The notes beneath the pieces are model-generated. The model saw only the letters and a list, made by a program, of their open reading frames with translations. It did no database searches and was not told the DNA's origin. Source: Balanoglossus misakiensis (taxonomy: Eukaryota; Animalia; Hemichordata). From it: a stretch of 64,000 nt of DNA. The first letter of the stretch is position 1. Each line of letters opens with the position of its first letter. Made by a program: the position numbers and the translations under genes. This document shows, piece by piece, positions 40,379 through 53,261 of this stretch. The DNA is taken from the NCBI GenBank assembly GCA_040954595.2, contig CM082592.2, forward strand, positions 9,535,677-9,599,676. The letters are read 5' to 3'.

Positions 40379-43300
40379 GATGATCAGTTATTATGCATCA
40401 CGAGCGTTGCGAGTCGTTTAGAGGCTGTTCAAGCGGAGGACGTCACCCGTACGCCCCTGCTGCGATGCCGAACCTTACGCACGACGGCCAAGGCAGCGCG
40501 TCCTGGCTTTTTATGCTCTTGCCAGAACGCATCCACAAACGAAATCGATCAATTTGCCGATTGACAAAAGCCGTACCTGCTCCTCCTCCATCTGATTTGC
40601 GCGCCGCTCCATTCTGCCCCAGCAACGTTTTGTGGTCGTTGGCAACGGCTGAGATATACTTATGTATCGAACCTGCCAATATAATTGCTTCCCGTTGGCG
40701 GCGATTCGACGACCGTGTATCCAACCATTAATAGAATTTCTGAAACTCTCCCCATGACGTGCTCCACGCCGGCAGAGTACCCTGGCTCGACATTATGATT
40801 GTTAAGCGTCCTGTCCATCAGAATGATTGAGCAAACGACTTTACATTTACTTGCCCAATGAGAGCAAATTCACACGTCGACAAGTGTCCGGTCTAGTGCG
40901 CATATGAAAGTACGGCTGGAGCGCACGCGCGTTTCCTCCGCGCCGTAGCACTCACAGATACAATGTTTACGGTGCGGGTGTGATGTCCATATGGTGAATC
41001 CGCGATGTGACTAATACTTAGCAACTGCATATTCCAAATCAACGACTGATGACAATACTCGGTCCGTGATTCCGACGCGTGGCGTGTGTGAAACAAACTC
41101 CGTCGGCAGCTGTAAATGTAACTGGCGATGGGTTTTACAATGGAAATTGCGATGCGTACATTTCCTTGGTAAACCAACCATTCCCAAATTATGTCTATGT
41201 GACTGATTGCAGTGTTTTAGAATGGGGTTGAGTGCACACGATTTACGAATAACCTGTTTTTTTCAAGGGTTCACATCACCTGTTTTTTTTTTACAGAAAC
41301 ACACAACGGTGCCCGATCGATCGATCTTTGGTGCGTCCACACGCATCGTGTGCGGTTATGAATATTCATAAAACAATTACCTTCATCTGGTATCCTACTG
41401 ATATCACTTTCCCTCGCCTACAGGCGTGAGAGAGGTGGGACGGTACGCTGTTTTTGACTCTGAATGTAAATATTGAATAAGCTTGAAGTATAGCAGCGTC
41501 TACTTCGCGCCTCTGGCAGAGAAAGCAGTCGTTGGCGTTGAAATCCAGTACCTAGGGCATATACATACATACATAAATCATTATAGAGGGGATGTGCGCT
41601 CCTGTTTTGATAGATGTGATGACTTCTGCGTTGTGTGATAAGCCTTACTGGAATAACGAGGACTTTCAGATCCTCTTCAGAATGATGTAAGCATGCAAAT
41701 TGGCTTGAGCACGGGCGAGTAATAATTTGACGTTGTATCGTCCGCCAACGATAGAAATCTCACGACGTACCCAACACCTTGACGTGAACTTCTGAAGCGC
41801 GGTTTATTTGCATTAAGGGGGCTAGGCGGTCTCCTCTCGCATATCAATCAGACAGTGGCGTCCCTATGGCGTTCCTCTAGACCCAACGTAACCCGTCACG
41901 CTTGCCTAATAAAATCGCTGACGTTATTGACTTCATGATATTCGAGTATATGCAGCGCACTACGGTCTGCTCAGTGTGCAAAAATCCGGGACAAAATCGA
42001 CATATATTAATTGAATGCGCCGCACAGTCCGGTGGGATTCGGTTTCGTTAGCAGATAATAAGAATGGTTATCGAAACGACACGCGATATCCTAATAGCTA
42101 ATTTATCGCCCTTTACGGTACAGTAGGGATGTTAGAACGTCCACAGAAAGATCGGAGAAAGTGATCGGAATATATTTGATATGAGCATGGAAACCGCCAT
42201 ATTTGAAATACATGTTATGCTATTAATACGATATCCAGCCACTGAAATGTAAACTATATTTATATCGGCCACTGGAACTGAGGTTGTTGTCAAAACTTCC
42301 CGCAGTACGCGTATTGGTGAATTACGTGTATTCGCACAAGCATTCCATTTCAATAATGTTTCCCAGTGACATGTACAAAATCAATAATTTCTTGGTTTGG
42401 AAATACATAAAATAGGTTCCAACACCACACCACATCACATCAACAACGGAGACCCTACAACCGACTCGGTCGCGGGTACGGGCAGCGAGAAACAAAGCGG
42501 GGAACGTTACACCGGGCGCCGCCAAAGAGCTCCAAACGCAACGGCGACGGGCCCGGCATCATTGATCTCGCTGTGAGTTACACGCGCGATACATTTTCCT
42601 TTCCTAATTGCTGACTAAAATCTCACGTGTATGGCTTCCCTTCGCTCGGGGAAAATCTCAGTTCACAACATCTTGCCGTAAAGCCGGCAAATTACAGTTG
42701 TCATTCGATACGCCGTCTCGCTCTGACGAGAGAAATTACGGGCTGTTATACCGCGACCCCCGAAAGCTGAAGTGAAAGTAACTCTGAATAGTATCAGTAG
42801 GCAAAAGCAAATTTTCCCTATTTTAAAGAGAGCTGTCTGAACCATATTGAACTGCCATGCATGTAATGTCGCCAACCGCATAGGATTACAGTGATTCATC
42901 CATGCAGAAGGCTATGAAAAGTATATTTGCCCGCTTCGTCTTTTCTTCCAGATACAATAGTAATTCACCTACCCACGTCAGTGCAATGCACACGACTATC
43001 TCCATCTAAATTATGGCTCTCATTTGGTGATCATTGGCTCCGGGTCTTTTGTGGCTAGGATGCGAAAGTCATTCAACTTGAGACGTTACAAAGTTGTTAT
43101 AGACCTACTACCTGAAGGGGCTCTGTAAATTTCCTGCGATTTTAATGGCGCTTGTAATATGCGCATACAAGATGGCACACAACAGTTTCAAAGGACCTTA
43201 GCACCTGGTATTTTTTTCGCTCCCATTGAATCAGCATTTGGCGCCAAGGTTTAGAGCTGAGATCAATTGTCGGTTACCAAGGCGACATGTCAGGTGTGTC

Positions 43301-46062
43301 CGTCAATAGGTGAAAAGAATACTTTCAACAAGTGGAAATTGGCCGCTTTCAAACAAACTTTCCCCGCGTGGAACGTCATTGTACTTTCTGGTAACCACAA
43401 GGCGTGGCGTCACTTCCTCACATGACTAACAATCGTACCTGATAAATTTGTCAGTAGACATTAATCTTTTCAAACGTTACTGAAACACCTTTGAACTTAG
43501 TGATTTTTTTAAAGAAACTTATTTACTATTTCTTCGCAGGACAGTAATGACTCGACGAGTGAAACCAATTATTTGACAGGCGAAGTAAAATTGTAAACGA
43601 GCTTGTGTTGTGTCTTTACAATCTAACAAGCGGCAAGGAAGTAATTAAATTATTATTTTTTTCGCTACACGGTCGAAATCAATGGAGATATGACAGTTGC
43701 GTGTCGGGGATCACTCGCTGATGTAATTTATACAACCAGCGCCCCACCATGTCTCCGCACCTCACCGTGTTCACGTGCAGTGGCCATCACCTGATCAGAA
43801 AGTGGTCGTTGTCGATTCCATGTAAAGCGCACGTGGCATTTCTGGATCTGTCCGATCGGATTGAAGGGTCTTAGCGCGACCGTGACGACACCTGCACAAA
43901 CCACGTGTTTTTCCAGCTTATCGTTTTCGCCTCCAGTTGTGATTCAGTAAGGAACGACGAATCGGTGGATCGACGAAGTTGATGACTCGTCGCGATATCT
44001 GCGCCCCCAACGTCGAAAAACCGGCTGTTTCCGTCATTCGGATGTTGCCAACGCGACTGCCGGCATGCCGTGGGCGGTTTATCCCCTGGATAGGTAAAAG
44101 TGAATTTTGTGCACACACTTGGTTCAAAAACATTTGTTGGATCTTTATGAAATCCCAGTACGCTTCACCACGATTTAAAAGTTAATCTAGACTAAATTGA
44201 TAGACTATAACAGTCTATATCACATATATTAGTCACGTTCACCTTCAACTCGCCACATTCAATTGATGTCAATCACGTGTTTCAAAGAACCTAGCACTTG
44301 AAGCTTATGTCATTAATGTTAAAAGGCTTTTTTGCTGCGAGCATATTGTTTTGGCTACAAGGGCATGAAACTTCTCCGCGCATTTCCGCAATGTAATGGG
44401 GGAAAACAGTTATTTCGTTATAACTGCCTCAGTGAAGAACGTTCCTTGTTTGAAAGGGCCGTTTCCTGTCACGATTAAAGGGCCCTAAAATACGTGCAGA
44501 TCTGAATACTGTGCTCTTTATCAGGCGGGTTTGTTATACTGTAAAACCATTACGGTGTAGGGGGACTACCCAGAGGTAGTGCATGGTTATCAAAAATGAC
44601 AAACACTGCCTCACACGAAGAAATCAGAGACAACACTAATTGGAGCAGTTTAGTTTTCTTGGAATGTTCACAAGAGCTGCCTTAAGAGAAGTGTCATCCA
44701 ACAATACAAGGGAAACACTATGTCACCTGACTTAATTTCTAAAGAAGCATTCACATATTTCTACCATGGAAAAATTATAGAACTGAAAAGTGTGAGCAAA
44801 CTGCCTGCTCAGCAATTAATTGTTATATATGCCGCAGCGTGTATCACGAGCACACGTGTGTGTATTAATTATGGTGAAAATGAGAGGTCTTTGCCATTGA
44901 TGCTATTTTCTTCACTGTGCAGGGGCTGATAACTTAGAGATGAGTTGATTAGATTATTTCATGGGATAACCGAGACATCTTGAGACTTCAGTCTCTCGCA
45001 CGTGTGTACGACTAACAGAGATGTGATTAAGGAGAGTGGACACGGCGCCGATTTCCAGTGGCGACTGGATTGTGTTTACGGGTAAAGAGTTTTCAAGTGA
45101 TAGGTTTATTTAAAGCGCTGTCAGAGAAATCTGTTTCGGGGATGACAAATTGCGTGTCCTTCGGATTTCATTTGCTTCTGAGCAAGCAAGAACATTTCTA
45201 TTGCAAAGCGTTCCTTTTGAGGAATGTTCCTGACTTGAAGAGGACACGGAAAGTTTCAGATAATTGAACTAACTGGAAGCAATGGATCGTCTTCTACATT
45301 GATGCGCACCGTGACCTGGGGAGGTTGGTTTGCCAGCTTTCAACTGGTTCGTGATAATTGGTTTTTATTTATGGAAAAGAAAATGTTCAGAGGGCTTTTA
45401 AGTTTGAACCAAGTACCCAAACTGTGATGGATTTCGAGGCAACTCAGTGTTGAGGTTTTCTGAATAGACGGAGGGCAAATAAAAAGTAATAGCTTTTTTC
45501 TTTCCAATTGTGTGAACGACCCGCGGATGACTTTAGTGACTCATAGAAATGAATGAGTTCAGATGGAGATTTCTCAAAGCACTAAAAGAGACAGAGAATG
45601 AGGTTACCCGGCGTTGATTCTATCACAGTCCTATTACCCAAGGTTGAACGCGGTGGGTAGATAAGACGCGATCATTTCACAGAAGAGTTGTTTTCTTTCG
45701 CGAGATTTTCTAGTAGATATAGATGGGTGTTGCCGTGAGCCCTCTCTCGTGTTTTCCGTCCCAAAATGAGTATTTTCTAGTCTAATTCCTTCGTAGCAGC
45801 CGTCGGTCACGAGTGCGAGTAACCATGACGACGTAATCGGAAATAGATCACCGTTGAAGACATTTGCGTTAGTTTTCTTTGGTCCGTTGCGTCAACTGAG
45901 ACTTTCTGAGATTATTTGACCAAAACCGGTGGCGGTGAACTCCGGCTTTTACGCAAGACTGGCGATTCTAGCATGGTCCCCCTCAGCTAAAAACAAATTA
46001 GGGATTTCAACACAGAAAACAAGTTTTTAAAAAATATATATACATGTACCAAAAAAATTAAG

Positions 46063-46069
46063 CGTCCCT

Positions 46070-46130
<61 letters not shown>

Positions 46131-46136
46131 AGAGAC
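46063..46136 (-). tRNA. tRNA-Asn(GTT), second copy
   Basis: Same 74-nt sequence as 28242-28315 except T-loop GGTTCAAG instead of GGTTCGAG. A T7 terminator lies at 46051-46057. Confidence 0.96.
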
Positions 46137-46242
46137 GGATGAATATGCTGGTTGAAAGGTCAGTTTATGTGCAGAGTATTTGCATAACTTCATTGTTGAG
46201 TTGTTGGTGACCATGATTGATAATGCATACACCTATTTGCGG

Positions 46243-46303
46243 AGGTGTTAATTCCATTTCAGAATTGAAACGTTTCATTCCTATTGAAATGGAATTAACA
46301 CCT
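46243..46303. repeat. Perfect 19-bp inverted repeat (61-nt hairpin)
   Basis: AGGTGTTAATTCCATTTCA (46243-46261) and TGAAATGGAATTAACACCT (46285-46303). The 23-nt loop contains the palindrome TGAAACGTTTCA. Confidence 0.9.
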
Positions 46304-46530
46304 AATGGTAGTTGCACTATACCAATAAAATGCTAAGTATACGACGAGGTGACGGTTGGTTTTTTGTTTAAAAAGACTTGTATAAACCACAGTATGTAGG
46401 AAAAATATATATAAAGTGTCCACAAGAATCACAATTAAAGTCATCGTATATTTTGGCCGAAAAAGAAACTTGCTTTTAACCCAACTTGCTTGGCCAAACT
46501 TTTACCAAGACGTATCACGTGTTCTCAATT

Positions 46531-47928
46531 TTACATGTCCACGACCGGAAATCCATGGTGATCGTATCCTTGGAAATGATACTCAAGTTGGTATTCTTGG
46601 AAGAAGCTCTGGAATTCCTGGAAGATTGTGGCCATCTGTTCGTAGTACTCCAGCGGCATGTTGTTCACGATGAGTTTGAAGAGCTCCAACTGGGGGCGCT
46701 GATGCCCCTGGTCCTGCTTGTCTCTCAGGATCTGGAACATTTGGTGCAAGGCGAAGAGATCAACCACCATAGCCTTCACTTCTAGCTGGAAGAGGCGACG
46801 GCACTCTCGCACGAGCCGCAGCAGACCCTGGCCGACCTCGCGAGATCCCGGCTGCACGTCGATGTGCACCTCCTGCAGGGTGTCGTGGTAGTGGCGGGAC
46901 AGGTACCGCATCGTCAGGTCCGGGTCGAAACTGTCGTCCTCGTTGTCACCATACATGTCGACGTGGGTCAGCGGGATCGCCGGCGACAGTACCCGCCTGA
47001 CCGTCTCGTAGGCGAAGACCCCGTCAAAGCAGATGCACACGGACAGACTCCTGCAGGCCTGTTTCAGTTCGCCCCAGGAGCTGGCCCAGATGAGTTGCGT
47101 GTACGGGTCTTCCTTGAAGCACTTTATGTTGAAGGTTTTCAGCGCCCCTGCGCAGTTCTCGGCCAATCGCAGCAGCAGAGCGTTCGAAAGACAGTTGTAA
47201 TTCAAGTTGATGACTTTCAGGGATCGAAAGTGTGACATGATCGCCACAAACTCGGTCGATCGGTAGACGGGGATATGGGAGCCGAAGTAATCTTCAAGAT
47301 GGAGGTACTGGATCGTCGAGTGGCACTTGTGGGTCAGCGCAGCCAGCACCTGGTACCCTTCCATCTCGCTCATCCACGATGACGTCATATCGAAATACGT
47401 CAACTGTGACTGTGATCTTAAGAATCTCGACAGCGACCTGACCATCTTTATCCGCGTGAACATGTCCTTGAAATAGCGGTCATGTTCAAGCTGTGTGAAA
47501 GCAAACTCCCTCAAGCTTGTCTTTTGCCTGAACAGGCAGTGCAAATAACTTGTCAGGGATTTCTGAAATCTTTTCGAGAATCGCTCGCTGTGTATCGCGC
47601 AAGTGATGAAGCTGTAGTACATGTAGCGTCCCAGGCTACGCGCGTATTTCAACGCCTTTTGGTCACGAAATGTGCCGTAGAGTTTGACGTGTCGCCGTCT
47701 CCATAGACGTGGGGTCTTGTAAATGTTATACCAGTGTTTGTTCACCACTCCGGCTCTCGCTCTGGCTTGGTCGTCCAGGAGGAGAAACACATCTGAGAGA
47801 ACAGTCGCGGGAAGGCGCCCCCACTCGGTACGAGACGAACCCTGTCTCAATAAATGTTCCTCGTAAAACGACGTCATTCGCTGTCCTGTTTTCGCCTCAT
47901 CACGACTGAACTGTTGAGCCGATCGCAT
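46531..47928 (-). CDS. F-box protein with LRR-like C-terminus, FBXO39-like, 465 aa, single coding exon
   Basis: N-terminal F-box WGRLPATVLSDVFLLLDDQARARAGVVNKHW..PRLWR followed by LRR-like repeats (LKVINLNYNCLSNALL, LKTFNIKC). Resembles the FBXO39/FBXO33/FBXL3 group. A splice acceptor (T8-CGTGCAG) lies 14 nt upstream of the ATG. Confidence 0.85.
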   Translation of the reverse strand: MRSAQQFSRDEAKTGQRMTSFYEEHLLRQGSSRTEWGRLPATVLSDVFLLLDDQARARAGVVNKHWYNIYKTPRLWRRRHVKLYGTFRDQKALKYARSLGRYMYYSFITCAIHSERFSKRFQKSLTSYLHCLFRQKTSLREFAFTQLEHDRYFKDMFTRIKMVRSLSRFLRSQSQLTYFDMTSSWMSEMEGYQVLAALTHKCHSTIQYLHLEDYFGSHIPVYRSTEFVAIMSHFRSLKVINLNYNCLSNALLLRLAENCAGALKTFNIKCFKEDPYTQLIWASSWGELKQACRSLSVCICFDGVFAYETVRRVLSPAIPLTHVDMYGDNEDDSFDPDLTMRYLSRHYHDTLQEVHIDVQPGSREVGQGLLRLVRECRRLFQLEVKAMVVDLFALHQMFQILRDKQDQGHQRPQLELFKLIVNNMPLEYYEQMATIFQEFQSFFQEYQLEYHFQGYDHHGFPVVDM

Positions 47929-48158
47929 AGTTAATGCTCAGACTGCACGAAAAAAAACTTTATTTGCTTTATTCGAACAAGCGTTCTTTTTTCGTGACGC
48001 GATAATTGGAGTTCGGAATATTCTAGCGTAGTCGGGACAACTGCGCGCATGGAACATTTCGCAAAGCATTATGGGATTCTAAAGACGGAAAGTGATCAAC
48101 TGAAGGCCACTCAGCTATTTTCTTTCATTCTCAAGGAATTTTCCCCGAGTGGAAAAAT

Positions 48159-49104
48159 ATATCAAAAACGTTCGACATTTTGCTCAACGACACAAAGTAA
48201 GCAAAACAACACCAAAAACCGCACACGGCGACAGAAAATAGCTGAACGCTGTAAATAATAATTTATGCAATTTATTCACATATTAAATTAGGTTATCGAT
48301 TGATTAGTTTTTACAGTGCTAATTTGCATACGCGCAACCGTTGGTGGCGACATTGAACATTTCTGAACAGGACTCGCTGTAGGCCTAATCGTATGTTGGA
48401 ACTGGGTCGTGTCAATCTCTCCGTAATTTGAATACGAACCCTTCTCCCAACAGGTGCGATCTGTCTGGCCATGTACTCACGTTTTCAATATATATTTAAA
48501 TGAGTTTACGTGTCAAATAAATGAGGTCATCGATCGATTAGTTCACAGCGTCGGTGATTTTTTTCGCCAACTTGAGGAATATCAAAAACGCTGTTTTTTT
48601 GCTCAAAGGCACAAAAGCAAAAAAATAAATAAAAATCGCCTGCACATAAGAAGATTTATTTGCCGAACAAAATTCTCGTATGTCATATTTCTACAGTGTT
48701 ATTTGCCGTACACTCCGTTGGTGGCGACATTGACAAATTCTGAACAGGATGAGTCTCACTGTCTTGACCCTGCGAAGTAGTACGCGCCCTTACTGGTACC
48801 AACAGGTGGAATCTGTCTGGAAACGTACGCGCGTTTTCAATAGATATTTAAATGAGTTACGTGTCAAATAAACGAGGTCACTAATTGGCAGACAGATTCG
48901 CACCTGGTGGCACAAGGGTTCGTACTCAGTGCTATCATACAGACACAGTGAGTCCTGTTCAGGAATTATCAATGTCGCCACCAACGCTGGGTAGGGCAAG
49001 CGACACTGTAGAAAGTGACCTGTGACACGCGGTTAATTTAAATATGTCAATAATTTGCATAAATTATTAGTTCACAGTTTTCAGCTATTTTCTGTCGTGT
49101 GCGG
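48159..49104. repeat. Three-copy diverged repeat: two direct copies (~48159-48529, ~48579-48880) and one inverted copy (~48887-49104)
   Basis: Shared blocks CGTTGGTGGCGACATTG, CTGAACAGGA and CCA(A/C)CAGGTG..ATCTGTCTG occur in all three. ATATTTAAATGAG..TACGTGTCAAATAAA.GAGGTCA occurs in copies 1 and 2. CCGCACAC..CGACAGAAAATAGCTGAA occurs in copies 1 and 3. Confidence 0.85.
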
Positions 49105-50739
49105 CAGTCTCCAGTTTCTTAATGTTATATGCGTAAAATTGTTAGTAACTATAATATTGGCGTGACTGAACTGGTTTCCTTCGATTACTGTATTTAACTT
49201 AGACAAGCGATTTGGAGTTAATGTACATGTACAATCTAAGCTTATCGATAAAGCCACAGTTAGACTCATCACAATATTTTGAAGGTATAATGAGCAAAAT
49301 AAACGAGACGACTTTCGTTCTCTTATTAATTTTGCATGACTTCGCCGGTCATATCACATAAAAAAGACACATTATTGTCTCTGTGTGTCCTGATTGCTGG
49401 TGTTGGAATATGAGATTCGGAATACATGTAGCTCAAACTTGCCTCTTTCTAAATGTCAGTGGTCATTCTTGTATAGTGCGAGCGAAATGCCTTATATTTG
49501 GCAGATGCTTTGATCATTTGAGTGCGTGGTGTGTAAACTACTACCTTATTTATATACATTCAACAATTTTCGCCCTTGTCTTGGCTTCTGTAGTGTACAT
49601 GGATATCTTTACTTGGAAAAGCACAGCAAGGGTACAGACTTTGGATTTGTAGCCACTTTTGACGTACTGTTAAACATTCTAGCAAATTTAGAAAACAGGT
49701 CAAACTTCCAGAATTTGTTTCCATGTTTACAGGTGATCTTTCGCCTAATTTTGTATTTCCTGAGCGTTTTAGGAAGAAAAGACCAATGTCTCAGTTGCTA
49801 TGGCCAATTACTGGAACATAATTAGTTTGCCAAAATTCTGAAGACTTTTCACTTTTGTATATGTCAGTATTTATAATTTTTTCAAACCTGACGCTTTTTG
49901 AGTTTCAATGGGACAATCTCAACATCAAGGCTTCGTTGAGTTAATGAAATGATACAGACACAAGTATTTCATTTTAATCTGGTTCATTGAAAATTTTAAT
50001 GTCAAAGTTTTGAAATCACAAACACAAGAGTATACATGTATACAGTTTCATCTGTATACTTACAATATGAAAAATTAGCAAGTTTAGTTCTTCTGTGAAA
50101 CTCAAACAATTTTCGTTGCATGTCCATTGATGGATACAAATCTACAAATGCAAGGCATACTAAAATACGGAAAATGCACACTTCGTCCTCAGCTTGGTTG
50201 CCGGATACCAATCTGGTCTTTGCATCTGCAAAACAAGCAATGTAGAAATGAATGTCTATAATATCCATGGACATGAAACAAAGCATGATCACCACTGTAC
50301 GCCAATTGTTCATTCGCAGATGGTACATTATGCAAATCTGTATGGCTGCCTGGAATGTCACTCTATTTGGCAAGTTGATGAAAATTTACTGCAACAACGA
50401 TAGAGATCTGCCCATATAAGCTTGTAATTCTACTTAGTTGAACCGACAACTCCAGGACATTGCGAACAAACAAACCCCACCCACACACCCTGCCATGTAT
50501 TGTCTCCGTCATTGCTTCTGTTTTCTTTCCCACAATTCTTACCTTCCCACATCCATGCAGTATCTCTGGACATCAATCATTCAGGCTGGCAATCATCTTA
50601 GCATCATCTAATGGATCCCTGGAATAAATGAAAAATATGTAAATGGAATGTCTCCTACAAAGATGGCGAACATGAAAAGAGGGGCTTTGATGTCTATATC
50701 GCTTGTCAAACCTTGTTTGAAACCTTTGGTCTTCGTTCA

Positions 50740-51060
50740 GCCATAGAACATACTGCCTTTACTGCACCCAGCTATACTGCTGCATGGCGAAGATAACTAG
50801 TCACTTAGGCCCAGCTTGGTTGGTGAATACCACCATCAGTTGATCTCGTCTCTGGATCTGCAAAACAAGCAAATGAAAGTGAATGACTAATATTCATGAT
50901 CGTTCTTCCATGGAACATACCTGCCTTTACCTCACCCAGCTATACCACTGCATGGCGAAAATAACTAGTCATTTAAGCCCAAAGCATGGTTGATGAATAC
51001 CACCATCAGTTGATTTCGTCTCTGGATCTGCAAAACAAGCAAATGAAAGTGAATGTCTAT
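50740..51060. repeat. ~170-bp tandem duplication (2 copies)
   Basis: ACATAC(C)TGCCTTTAC..CACCCAGCTATAC..GCATGGCGAA.ATAACTAGTCA..GAATACCACCATCAGTTGAT.TCGTCTCTGGATCTGCAAAACAAGCAAATGAAAGTGAATG occurs twice, 170 bp apart. Confidence 0.92.
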
Positions 51061-51264
51061 AATAGGAAAACGTCAAAAGACTACAAATCTGAAAAATAAA
51101 ATGATGGGTGCAAAGTAAACCACTCGGGTTATACCAGTATGTTTCGATAAAGTTTTATTGATTGAAGTTGTGGTAAATTGGAAAAGATTACAAATCTAAA
51201 AAAAAAAACCTGAAAAGTAAATAACTCATTTCATCATAAAAACAGACTAACAGACATACACAGT

Positions 51265-51840
51265 ATTTTTTTATTGAATAATGACGAAAGATTACAAATC
51301 TAAAAAACTTGCATTAACTATATACACACGCATGAAGATGATCGGTACGGAAATAAACCACTCAGTTTTGTCAAGACGTGTACGTTTTAATTTTTTTTAT
51401 TGAATAATGACGAAAGATAACAAATCTTTATAAAAAAAACCTTGTATTAACTAGATACGCACGCGCGCAGATGATCGGTACGGAAATAAACCACTCCCAG
51501 TATTATGAGTGCGTGTATGTTTTTAATATTTTATTGAATAATGACGAAAGATAACAAATCTTTATAAAAAACCTTGTATTAACTAGATACGCACGCGCGC
51601 AGATGATCGGTACGGAAATAAACCACTCCCAGTATTATGAGTGCGTGTATGTTTTTAATATTTTATTGAATAATGACGAAAGATAACATATCTTTATAAA
51701 AAAAACTTGTATTAACTAGATACGCACGCGCGCAGATGATCGGTACGGAAATAAACCACTCCCAGTATTATGAGTGCGTGTGTGTTTTTAATATTTTATT
51801 GAATAATGACGAAAGATAACATATCTTTATAAAAAAATTA
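51265..51840. repeat. Minisatellite, ~132-bp unit, ~4.3 copies, with more degenerate copies extending left to ~51060
   Basis: TTATTGAATAATGACGAAAGAT starts at 51271, 51397, 51531, 51663 and 51796. The unit includes AGATGATCGGTACGGAAATAAACCACTC. Confidence 0.95.
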
Positions 51841-53261
51841 TTTTAAGTATTAACCGACGGTCTGAGGGATGGGACCCACCCGCCCCGGGGATTTTATTTA
51901 TTTCTATATCACTTACTTGTTACGAAACATACCATCCACGGGTCTTCATTCAGCCATGGAACATACAAGCGCTTACCTAATGAAGTTCTTGTTGCATGGC
52001 CGGAATTATACCATACAACTTACCTTGACACACACATGCACACACACTCGCAACAACGAGCACCTTTCGAAGCATTCAAAGCGGATGAACTTGTAGGTGC
52101 CGTAACAAAAATGACCCATACACCGAGCATGTAGTCATGTTGGTTCTAAAACTTCAATGATATTCACATATAGCATCCGCATTGTTGCATTCTTCAGATT
52201 TGTGTAAAATCAGTTCGCTGAACTGGCTACCGGCACCAGTCAGAATCGTTGAAAGTTCTTAAAAATTGCCAACAAAAACTTGGCTGATACCGCTTACTTT
52301 GACATCATGCTTGATAACATCATAGCATCCACGCAGTGTCCAACATCAGTTCATCTGGCTCTTCGATCTGCAAAATGAGGAAACAAATTGAATGCCTATC
52401 CATGAACACGAAACCAAATATCAACCGCGATTACCGTACGCTGAACTGTTGTTCATTCGCATATTGTACATCATACATGACGACAATATACGTTTTAGGG
52501 CTTCGCTGACAGACAAGTAGCATGGCTCTTTGTACATTTACATATTGTCAAGTTTAGGCCAACAGCCAAGCGGAACATTTTAAACTCCGACAAACAAACA
52601 AAAATATTTTTGGGGGCAAAAACTGTACTGACGCAAAAAATATCCAAATGAAGCGTTCCAACGCTTATTTTTGCCATTGTCTGGTTGTGTTATACAAAAT
52701 TTGCATTCGCTCACACTCGGAAACACGCTGACTACACGTGAGCCCGCTGTCAATTCATCGAACCCTCTACCAATTCATCGTAGCCCCCCTCCAATTCCCC
52801 GAAAAACTATCTTGTTTTTTATGCAAGAAAAAAACCTGCCGTCTACCAGTAGAGCTAATAACACCGACTTGTCCTAATTTGATAAACCGTACATCTCAAG
52901 TTGAGTAACGCGAAAGAGTGGAATTTGTGAATTAAAACGCAGGGAAGCACTCGGGCTGTCTGACCTGTGACGTATCCAATTTTTCAATTCTGTGGTGTAA
53001 ACGTCTGGCTTTTTAGTCTTCCGTAACTCGCGGCAATATAACCCATATTTCTGGTCAAAAATTGAGTAAATGTGTCTACTTCTGTTACTTTACTTACCGC
53101 TGTTGTCATGAAAACTATCCAGCGGAGAAACTCTGTTTCGGGCCAGAGTTTTCCGCATCCTCTCCGCAACACGTCCTACATGCAGCAGCGTGGCCGTCAC
53201 TAATGAGAATGCACGGAAGGTTAGACGGAAATTTTCCAAGTGGAGGTGGTCCAGGTGGCTC

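Larger units (their letters stand above)
50064..53212 (-). ncRNA. Candidate spliced non-coding transcript (lncRNA or long 5' UTR) built from paralogous exons
   Basis: Candidate exons ~53212-53098 (donor GCG|GTAAGT), 52367-52298, 51027-50921, 50857-50754, 50618-50543 and 50225-50064. Four share the acceptor TTTTGCAG|AT and related 5' sequence. At least two (from 52367 and 50857) have stops in all three frames. Confidence 0.45.

Noticed and set aside
38821-40731. Antisense and alternative-frame ORFs over the GPCR (likewise over GCN1, the F-box gene and SUR)
   Set aside because: Shadow ORFs caused by GC-rich codon usage of the real genes.
51265-51840. CRISPR-like array
   Set aside because: Whole units repeat with no unique spacers, the context is eukaryotic, and there are no cas genes.
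50226-52480. Box C/D snoRNAs in introns of the candidate non-coding transcript
   Set aside because: No clean RTGATGA...CTGA pair with a terminal stem was found by eye. A covariance-model scan is needed.
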